In this document: piece by piece, positions 51,230-64,000 of the stretch
Layout of the letters: each line of letters opens with the position of its first letter
Position numbering within the stretch: position 1 is the first letter of the stretch
Assembly (NCBI RefSeq): GCF_000315625.1
Contig: NW_005434545.1
Span: 120,786 to 184,785 of the forward strand
Length of the DNA: 64,000 bases
From: Guillardia theta CCMP2712
Taxonomy: Eukaryota > Protista > Cryptophyta
Reading direction: 5' to 3'
The notes under the pieces: model-generated
Databases searched by the model: none
The model's input: the letters and a program-made list of their open reading frames with translations, nothing else
What the model was told of the DNA's origin: nothing
Position numbers and translations under genes: made by a program

Positions 51230-51873
51230 GGGGAACCTGTGTGTGATGTGACAGAAGATTTTTTGGCTACCAACCGGTACCTGTCCACCCACATTTACAG
51301 GAGATACGTGTTCTCACCGAAAGGTTACCTGCATCCTTCACACGTACACAGGATCAGATATGATTTAAATCCTGAGGGAGCTCGTTGAACACGAACTCCC
51401 TTGTTCCCATTAAGAAAGTTGATTTCTTGTACATAAGACGTACACTGTTTACGTTTGAGGAAATGTTTGCCTTGAAGCTTGGAAGCATGACATACGGCGG
51501 GGACAATGGCGGATGGAGTTGCGTATAGCATTGCGTCGACAGGGGACTGAAGGGGCGGGGCAGGGGCTGGTGATATGGAATGCATCGCAGAAGAAGGCAT
51601 ATGCTGTGATGTATCATCATCACCTACTTGAAGACCTGCCAGTACTGTTGTGTGACTAACATTGACCGTGGCGGGAGAAGTAGGCATAGATTGGTCTGCC
51701 AGTTCATGATAAAGACGACTAGCCGCTTCCACGAGGTTCCCGTCAAGCCTCCATCCCACGAGTTGATGTCCCTTCGAGATAACTTGACCTATACGAAGGT
51801 TGGAGGAAAGCCCCAGCTGAGAACGTATGGTTTCAACATGGTGCATGAACGATGTGGGATGCAGAGCTGCCAT
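51230..51873 (-). mobile_element. Possible decayed Mutator-like (MULE) transposase N-terminal remnant
   Basis: ORF ends GKHFLKRKQCTSYVQEINFLNGNKGVRVQRAPSGFKSYLILCTCEGCR*, with W*PKIFCHITH in another frame, resembling the MuDR/WRKY-type Zn DNA-binding motif. No DDE domain or TIR seen. Confidence 0.3.
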
Positions 51874-52893
51874 GGCGCGGCGTCCGCGGCGTGCTGGAAT
51901 GGCCAGATTTGTTGGCGGGAAAGTAGTACCAAGTTGGAGAGTTTGTACGGGGTCGTACTACCGTACCTTAGCAATAATTGTTTGTAAAGGGCAAATGTAA
52001 CTTAAATTAGTACCCAGTTTGCTATTTTCATACTGTTTAAAATAATCCAAGAAGCGTTACTATCCAAACAATTTGTACTATTTATCCAATTGTCCTATAT
52101 CCATGATTTTGGACGCGTTTCTGTCGAATACCCCATAAAGCCCTCCAGCGATCGGTACCCCATTTCCACCATGCTTCTTGTGGGTGAGGTACGGGGGGTG
52201 GGTAAAGCAGCAGTTGGAGGCCACAAATCTAGGGGGTGGGTAGGTATGAATGGAGCCAAACCATCTCGGACCAGATACCAGGGGGTGGGTGGGAATCTTC
52301 AGTGGGGTCATCCTAGGAAAACACACCGGTAGTCTGAGTCGACAGCCCCTCATACCGATCTCAACTGTGAATGCCCGGCTACGGGCCCAAAGGCCCGGTC
52401 ACCAACCGGTCACTGAGGGCAGGGGTATAGCGGGGATGAGGGACATGAAACAGTCATAAAGAGTAGATTTCTTCGGTGTCAGAGAGGAATGCAGGGAGTA
52501 GTGAAGCAGAGAGGAAGGAGCAAGATGAAGGGAAGAAGTCGGGGGAGAGACGATGATAGAGACAGTGGAGTGGTCATGAAGAGGAGGCCAGAGGCCAGAG
52601 ATGATCACTAGATGGAAACATACTTGAATTAAGATCACGAGGGCAGAGGGGTCACAAGAGGTATGAGTTGCAAGGGTTGCATTACTAGGTGCTGGGGATG
52701 CAGCGAAGTCTATGTTGGGGAGACGAGTATGGAGGTTGAAGAAGGCACATGAGTTTGATTCATGGCATTCCGCGAATAGAAGAATGAAGGGATCGTTGGA
52801 TGAGATTTTGTCCACTTCACAGTTGCAGGCAGATGCGACGATTTTGTTCACTTTTTCCCATTTATTGTGTGTCCATGGCAGAGGCTCCGTCGC

Positions 52894-55800
52894 ATGGCTA
52901 ATACCATGAATCGCAATAGGCAGCTCCTCCTCTTCCTGTGCATCTTCGGTGTTGTTGCTCTCGGGCTGGTGAGAGGGCGGGGTGTGCTTCTTTCCCCTTG
53001 TGCGTCTCACCCCATGGCAGGGGCATACTTGCTCGGCTTCTGAGGGCAACAGGTCCGTGGACAGCAAGACGAAGGGAATGCTTCCTGCCTTCATCAACTT
53101 TGCTCTCCGCCCGCTCTCCCACTTGTCCGGCTGCAGCGCGTTTCGCTCCGCGGCGAAGATCTTTCCCAAGAAGTTCATCCAGGTGCCTTCGGTGCGGCTC
53201 AGGGGAGGAAGAGACCAGCCCTTCACCGTGCAGGCGAGCGCAGCAGCTCCTGTGGCTGAGACCTCGACCAAGATGAACCCGCTCATCTCGCTGGAGATGT
53301 TCCCCCGCTACGACCTGGTGTCTGCCGAGCACGTGCTGCCGGCGATGCAGGAGCTTATCAAGGATGCCGAGGGGAGCCTGGCGAAGCTGGAGGCGAGGCT
53401 CAAGGAGAGCGGGTATCAGATTAAGTGCTCTGAGTTCCTCGGTGAGGTGGAGAAGCTCTCGGACCATGTCGAGCGTTCGTGGGGAGTGGTGCAGCACCTA
53501 AAGGGGGTGCGGGACAACGACGCGCTTCGCAAGGCTGTGGAGGAGGCGCAGCCAGCAGTGGTGCAAATGAACCTGAAGCTGATGCAGAACGAGGCCCTGT
53601 TCAACACGTTCAAGGCGATCAAGGAGAGCAAGGAGTTCCAGACGCTCTCCCCTGCCCAGAAGAGAATCGTGGAGACCTCCATCCGGGACGCCGAGCTGTC
53701 CGGGGTTGCCCTCAAGGGGGAGGAGAAGAAGCGCTACAACGATCTGCAGCAGGAGCTCGCGACTCTGAGCACCAAGTTCAGCAACAACGTGCGAGGAGGT
53801 CGAGGCGGCGGGTCGTTGACTGACGGCTGAGCTGCAGGTTCTTGACAGCACCAAGGCCTTCTCTGTCCGCCTGGAGAAGAAGGAGGAGGTTGCCGGGCTG
53901 CCTGCGAGCTCGCTTGCTCTCGCTGCTCAGACAGCCAAGAGCAAGGGAGACAAGGATGCGACGCCGGAGGAGGGGCCCTGGGTGTTCACGCTGGACATGC
54001 CTTCCTACCTGGCGGTACAGCAGCATGCGAAGGACCGCTCGCTGCGGGAGAAGATGTACGAGCAGTACATCACCAGGGCCTCCAAAGAGGTGAGGCGGAG
54101 CCGAAGTAGAGGGGGGAAGAGGGGGGGATGGGGAAGGAGTGAAAGGATGGGGAGGAAGGAGAGAGCGAAGGGGGAGCAAGGGGGGTGAGGGAAGGCAGGA
54201 GAGGAGAAGGGAAGAGAGGAGAAGGAAGAGAGGAGAAGGAAGAGAGGAGAAGGGAAGAGGATGACGTGGGGATGTCAGGGTCTGGACAACACGCCAATCA
54301 TCAACAAGATTCTTGCTCTTCGACAAGAGACGGCAAAGCTGCTCGGCAAGAGGTGGGCTAGAGAGAATGGGATGAAGGAGGAGTGAGACATTTTAAGAAG
54401 AGATCAGAATGGAGGAGGAGGAGGAGGAAGGGAGGAGGAGGAGGAGGAAGAGGAGGAGGAGGAGGAGGAGGAGGTTGTGATGGTGGTGAGGGAAGGGATG
54501 TGGAATGATAAGTTTCGCAGGCATCATGCTGATGTCAGCACTGCGAGCAAGATGGCCACGTACGAGAGCGCGATGAAGCTGCTCAAGGTGAGGGGAAGAG
54601 GAAGAGAAGGAAGGAAGAGAAGGGAAGGAAGAGAGGAGAGAGAGGAGAGAGAGGAAGAGAGAGGNNNNNNNNNNNNNNNNNNNNNNNNNNNNNNNNNNNN
54701 NNNNNNNNNNNNNNNNNNNNNNNNNNNNNNNNNNNNNNNNNNNNNNNNNNNNNNNNNNNNNNNNNNNNNNNNNNNNNNNNNNNNNNNNNNNNNNNNNNNN
54801 NNNNNNNNNNNNNNNNNNNNNNNNNNNNNNNNNNNNNNNNNNNNNNNNNNNNNNNNNNNNNNNNNNNNNNNNNNNNCACTGGTGGCAGAGGAGAAGAGAG
54901 GAGGCGCTTGGATGGATGTGTGCGCGGGAAGAAGCAGAGTGATGAGCGCGGAGAAAGACGGAGTTCGCCTCCCTATCGCCCACATGGTAGAGGAGGAGGA
55001 GGAGGAGGAGGAGGAGGAGGAGGAGGAGGAGGAGGAGGAGGGAGGGAACAGGGGACAAGTCGTGAATCGGGTGGCGGAGACAACGGGGGTTGTTGAAGAG
55101 GAAAATGATGTGAAGTAATAGAGAGGTGGAGGGATAGAAGAGCAGTGAGGGGGAGGGAGCGAGGAGGAGAGAGGAGGAGGAGGAGGAGGAGGAGGAGGAG
55201 GAGGAGGAGGAGGAGAAGGAGGAGGAGGAGTTCTGACTACCGAGCAGGTTTGCAATCAGTCTCCTCCTGTAGGCGACAAGCCTTCCCTGATGACTTTCCG
55301 TGAAGTCGAGACGTGAGTGACGACAATGAGGAGAGATGAGGCGCCGCTCAGATGATGAATAGAGGAAGGAGGAGATAGGGAGGGAGGGAGAGAAGCAAGA
55401 GGAAGTTTTGGAGGAAGTGGTTGTAGCAAGGGGGAGCAGGAGCTGGAGCAGAGGAGAAGGAGGAGAAGGAACAGGAGAAGGAGATGGAGATGGAGATGGA
55501 AGAGGAGGGAAGGCTTCATTTTGCAATTCTCACTTTGTTCTTCAGTCTCTTCCATGAGTTCGGCCATGCTCTCCAGCACATGCTCACGTCCGAGGATGAA
55601 GGCCTGGTGGCAGGAATCCGTGAGTAAACAGGGAAAGGAGGGGGAGGGGGAGGAGGAGGAGAAGGAGGAGGAGGAGGAGACGGCGGGTAAAGGGGACTAG
55701 TCAGGAGTGAAGCTGACAGGATTGTACAGGAGGAGTTGAGTGGGATGCTGTGGAGACGCCATCCCAGTTTATGGAGAACTGGTGAGAGGAGCGAGGAGAG

Positions 55801-56312
55801 GAGGAGGAGAGGAGGAGGAGAAGAACTGAGTGGAAGAAAGGTGCTACGACAAAGCTACCATCGACAAGCTCGCGGTACATTACGAGACGGGAGAAAAGAT
55901 GCCAGAGGAGCTCTGGCAGAAGATCAAGGCAGCCAAGAACTTTCGCTCTGGCTCGATGATGCTCCGACAGCTCCAGTTTGCCGTCACGGTCTCCGTCCCC
56001 TACCTCCCTCCTCTCAACCACATCCCTGCTCCTGCTGCTCTTTTGCTGCCGCTCCTCCCTCACTTGCTGCTCCTGCTGCTCTCTTGCTCCTCCTCCTCCT
56101 CCCTCACTTGCTGCTCCTGCTGCTCTTTTCCTCCTCCTCCTCCTCCTCCCTCACTTGCTGCTGCTGCTCCTCTTCCTCCTCCTCTCAACCTGTCTTCTCT
56201 TCCCTTCCGTCTTCTTACTTCTAAAATCTTCTCTAGGACCTCGAGCTTCACTCCAACTTCGATCCTTCAGTTGCCGAACAACCGGGCAAAAGTGTCCACG
56301 ATCTTTACAGAG
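52894..56312 (+). CDS. Oligopeptidase A (M3A metallopeptidase, PrlC/OpdA type) with bipartite targeting leader; interrupted by gaps
   Basis: [26 protein letters not shown]|[60 protein letters not shown] (HExxH), [16 protein letters not shown]. The C-terminus is presumably in the gap. Confidence 0.93.
54665..54876. other. Assembly gap (N run)
   Basis: Run of Ns flanked by polypurine tract. Confidence 1.
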
Positions 56313-56654
56313 GTCTCCTCCTCCTCCTCCTCCTCCTCCTCCAAAAACCCACAAAATGCCGATACTATTTCTCTTACGCTTTGTTATTCGATAGGTAATA
56401 AGCATTGCCCTCAAAAATTTCAATGCGATGAAAAGGAGATTGGTATCAAGACCAACCTCCATTACCAGTGACACCAACATTTCCCCCACCATGTCCTACG
56501 AACATCTACCAAGAATAGATGCCTCGTGTCCATCTAGAATGACTACCAAAAATAATACGCATGCTACCAGGAAAACTGTTCCAAAGTGACATCCCTTGCG
56601 TGCGAGATAGAGTTGCAGGCTGTTCTCAGTTGCGACCCTTCTGCATAAAGTGCT

Positions 56655-57645
56655 NNNNNNNNNNNNNNNNNNNNNNNNNNNNNNNNNNNNNNNNNNNNNN
56701 NNNNNNNNNNNNNNNNNNNNNNNNNNNNNNNNNNNNNNNNNNNNNNNNNNNNNNNNNNNNNNNNNNNNNNNNNNNNNNNNNNNNNNNNNNNNNNNNNNNN
56801 NNNNNNNNNNNNNNNNNNNNNNNNNNNNNNNNNNNNNNNNNNNNNNNNNNNNNNNNNNNNNNNNNNNNNNNNNNNNNNNNNNNNNNNNNNNNNNNNNNNN
56901 NNNNNNNNNNNNNNNNNNNNNNNNNNNNNNNNNNNNNNNNNNNNNNNNNNNNNNNNNNNNNNNNNNNNNNNNNNNNNNNNNNNNNNNNNNNNNNNNNNNN
57001 NNNNNNNNNNNNNNNNNNNNNNNNNNNNNNNNNNNNNNNNNNNNNNNNNNNNNNNNNNNNNNNNNNNNNNNNNNNNNNNNNNNNNNNNNNNNNNNNNNNN
57101 NNNNNNNNNNNNNNNNNNNNNNNNNNNNNNNNNNNNNNNNNNNNNNNNNNNNNNNNNNNNNNNNNNNNNNNNNNNNNNNNNNNNNNNNNNNNNNNNNNNN
57201 NNNNNNNNNNNNNNNNNNNNNNNNNNNNNNNNNNNNNNNNNNNNNNNNNNNNNNNNNNNNNNNNNNNNNNNNNNNNNNNNNNNNNNNNNNNNNNNNNNNN
57301 NNNNNNNNNNNNNNNNNNNNNNNNNNNNNNNNNNNNNNNNNNNNNNNNNNNNNNNNNNNNNNNNNNNNNNNNNNNNNNNNNNNNNNNNNNNNNNNNNNNN
57401 NNNNNNNNNNNNNNNNNNNNNNNNNNNNNNNNNNNNNNNNNNNNNNNNNNNNNNNNNNNNNNNNNNNNNNNNNNNNNNNNNNNNNNNNNNNNNNNNNNNN
57501 NNNNNNNNNNNNNNNNNNNNNNNNNNNNNNNNNNNNNNNNNNNNNNNNNNNNNNNNNNNNNNNNNNNNNNNNNNNNNNNNNNNNNNNNNNNNNNNNNNNN
57601 NNNNNNNNNNNNNNNNNNNNNNNNNNNNNNNNNNNNNNNNNNNNN
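56655..57645. other. Assembly gap (N run)
   Basis: Run of Ns. Confidence 1.
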
Positions 57646-57952
57646 AGGGGTATGGGGGAAACATTTTTGGGTTGTCCCGACAGTCAGGAAACTGAGTTAT
57701 CTACCATGCTGCGATGGATGATGCTCACGGCGATGACAGCAGCGATGTTGAACGGAACCGGCTCAGATGCGATCTACGAGCACAACCATCATGTTGTGAG
57801 TCCTCCAGGTATTACTTCCTCCTCCTCCGTCTCCTCCTCCCTCTCCTCCTCCTCCTCCCTCTCCTCCTCCTCCTCCTCCCTCCTGCTTGTTCACCACTTC
57901 TGGTTCTCCTGCCTCTCGTGCTCTTCTCACTCCGCCAGTCCCTTCCCTCTCG

Positions 57953-59240
57953 CTATGCCAGGAACACATCAGCGTTCTGCTGCAGCCATGGGTGCTCAGG
58001 GTCAAGCTGCATTGCACGTCGAACGAGCTGAAGAATTGAAAGTGAGCGGGAGAAACAGAAGGGAAGCGAAAGCGAGGGGACATGACCTGTTTGGCATGCG
58101 GCATGTCTTTTCTCACGTCTCGCAGCAAGAGGGCCTGCAGCTTGTCACACCTCCTCTTACTCCTCCCCCCTCTTCCCCTGCTCCTCCTGCTCCCCTGCCC
58201 CCCCCCTCCCATGACTCACGTAGGAGCAGAGAGTGTCCACTTGGTTGGGATCCAGCTGTGAGAATATGAGGACAGGAAATGAACAAGCAAGAGGAGGAGC
58301 AGGATTAGGATTAGGATGAGGATGAGGATGAGGATGAGGATGAGGATGAGGATGAGGATGAGGATGAGGAGGAGGAGGAGGAGCAGCAGCAGCAGCAGCA
58401 GGAGCAGGAACGGGGAGATGAACGGAGAGAGGAAGAAAATTCATGGAATTTTTCCACCTGCAAGACTCTTCGGTACATTTCTTCGGCCCCTACATTGCAA
58501 TCAGCACCCTCCTCCTCCTCCTCCTCCTCCTCCTCCTCCTCTTCCTTTTCCTCTTCCTCCTCCCCCTCCCCCCAACCTCCCTCGCTCTCCTCCTCTCCCT
58601 CCTCTGTCTCCCCCACCTTCCTCCTTCAACTTACCATCGAAGTCACACTTGGTCTTGTGAAGGAGGAGCCCGTAGTTGTTCAGCGTGTCCACGTGGTTCT
58701 TATCGATTCTCAAGGCCTTCAGCACAGTCACCGAATACCTCACAAAACTTGTGTTTCTGTTCCTTGTTCCCTCCTCTTCCTCCTTTCCCTTCCCGTCCAA
58801 CTCCACCTTTCGTTCCCCTGTTCCTCTCCTCCACCTGCTCCTCCTTGTTTCTCCTCCTTCCTTCACATCCCTCTCCTGCTTCTCCTCCTCCTCTCCCTCT
58901 CCCTCTCCTCCTCCTCTTCTCCCTCTCCCTCTCCGCTCCGCTCCCTCAGCCCTCCCTCACCTTCTGGTACATGCCCTCCACCTCCCTTAGGTCGCCCTTC
59001 ACGTCGTGCAGATACTCGTGCAGCAGAGCCCCGTAGTTGCACAAGGTCATCACATGGTTCGGGTCGATCCGAAGCGCCTGCTTGTACAGCTGGGGTCGTG
59101 CTCAGCGCCTGCTGGACTCTACTACTTCTCACCTGCTCCGCGGCATCGTGATCCCTCCTGACGTCGTGGAGGAGCCAACCGTAGTTGCAGAGAGTGTTGA
59201 CGTTGTAGGGGTCGAGGTGGAGAGCTCGCTTGTACCTGCC
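57953..59240 (-). CDS. TPR-repeat protein, C-terminal part (probably continuous with the EF-hand gene across the gap)
   Basis: YKRALHLDPYNVNTLCNYGWLLHDV, YKQALRIDPNHVMTLCNYGALLHEY, ALRIDKNHVDTLNNYGLLLHK, AEEMYRRVLQ|LDPNQVDTLCSY; ends PEHPWLQQNADVFLA*. Confidence 0.8.
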
Positions 59241-59551
59241 GCTGTTAGTGAGAGGAGGAGGAAAGGAGAGGGAAGGAGTTGGAAGAGGAGGAAGAGGAGG
59301 AAGAGGAGGAGGAGGAGGAGGAGGAGGAGGAGGAGGAGGAAGAGTGGGGGTGGAGGAGAGGGAGGGACGAAGGGGGGCAGGAAGAGGAGGGAAGGAGGAG
59401 GAAATGAGGAGGAAGAGTGGAGGGAAAAGAGGAAAGGGAGGTGGAGAGGGAGAGGATGACAAGCAAGGGGAGGAGAAGGAGAAAGGGACACAAGGAGGAA
59501 GGAGATAGGAGGGAGAAGGAAGGTGGAAGGGGCAGGAAACGAGGTGAAGAG

Positions 59552-60532
59552 NNNNNNNNNNNNNNNNNNNNNNNNNNNNNNNNNNNNNNNNNNNNNNNNN
59601 NNNNNNNNNNNNNNNNNNNNNNNNNNNNNNNNNNNNNNNNNNNNNNNNNNNNNNNNNNNNNNNNNNNNNNNNNNNNNNNNNNNNNNNNNNNNNNNNNNNN
59701 NNNNNNNNNNNNNNNNNNNNNNNNNNNNNNNNNNNNNNNNNNNNNNNNNNNNNNNNNNNNNNNNNNNNNNNNNNNNNNNNNNNNNNNNNNNNNNNNNNNN
59801 NNNNNNNNNNNNNNNNNNNNNNNNNNNNNNNNNNNNNNNNNNNNNNNNNNNNNNNNNNNNNNNNNNNNNNNNNNNNNNNNNNNNNNNNNNNNNNNNNNNN
59901 NNNNNNNNNNNNNNNNNNNNNNNNNNNNNNNNNNNNNNNNNNNNNNNNNNNNNNNNNNNNNNNNNNNNNNNNNNNNNNNNNNNNNNNNNNNNNNNNNNNN
60001 NNNNNNNNNNNNNNNNNNNNNNNNNNNNNNNNNNNNNNNNNNNNNNNNNNNNNNNNNNNNNNNNNNNNNNNNNNNNNNNNNNNNNNNNNNNNNNNNNNNN
60101 NNNNNNNNNNNNNNNNNNNNNNNNNNNNNNNNNNNNNNNNNNNNNNNNNNNNNNNNNNNNNNNNNNNNNNNNNNNNNNNNNNNNNNNNNNNNNNNNNNNN
60201 NNNNNNNNNNNNNNNNNNNNNNNNNNNNNNNNNNNNNNNNNNNNNNNNNNNNNNNNNNNNNNNNNNNNNNNNNNNNNNNNNNNNNNNNNNNNNNNNNNNN
60301 NNNNNNNNNNNNNNNNNNNNNNNNNNNNNNNNNNNNNNNNNNNNNNNNNNNNNNNNNNNNNNNNNNNNNNNNNNNNNNNNNNNNNNNNNNNNNNNNNNNN
60401 NNNNNNNNNNNNNNNNNNNNNNNNNNNNNNNNNNNNNNNNNNNNNNNNNNNNNNNNNNNNNNNNNNNNNNNNNNNNNNNNNNNNNNNNNNNNNNNNNNNN
60501 NNNNNNNNNNNNNNNNNNNNNNNNNNNNNNNN
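59552..60532. other. Assembly gap (N run)
   Basis: Run of Ns flanked by polypurine tract. Confidence 1.
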
Positions 60533-60544
60533 CCCCCTCTCGCA

Positions 60545-64000
<3,456 letters not shown>

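Noticed and set aside
57706-57800. Short plus-strand ORF MLRWMMLTAMTAAML... with a donor site
   Set aside because: Adjacent to a gap and no convincing second exon; insufficient support.

Overview
Gene-dense, intron-rich eukaryotic nuclear DNA with mostly 45-60 nt GT-AG introns, GC-rich exons, (GGA)n/(GGAGCA)n microsatellites and three N gaps. The style and the bipartite signal+transit leaders suggest an alga with a complex plastid, most like the cryptophyte Guillardia theta (inference). Genes were reconstructed by eye across introns, so boundaries are approximate. Recognisable genes: Bdp1-like, an LCM-family SAM methyltransferase, RPL23A, a FUSC-like transporter, NTF2, a MYST acetyltransferase, a type I DnaJ, STK19-like, a PH-domain protein, TIM22, SQT1/AAMP, WDHD1/Ctf4, a Cdc7-like kinase C-terminal fragment, an intronless fucokinase-like GHMP kinase, DUF6816-like, an AN1 zinc finger, oligopeptidase A, and TPR/EF-hand protein(s). 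Main leads: (1) an 83-bp tandem array that resolves into a repeated 17-codon exon plus a 32-nt intron, in an orphan gene abutting a beheaded Cdc7; (2) a recurring ubiquitin-tail-like (R/A)LRGG motif ending the leaders of several signal-peptide proteins; (3) a 46-aa microprotein with extreme codon bias; (4) recurrent intergenic motif classes. No tRNA, rRNA or CRISPR array was seen.
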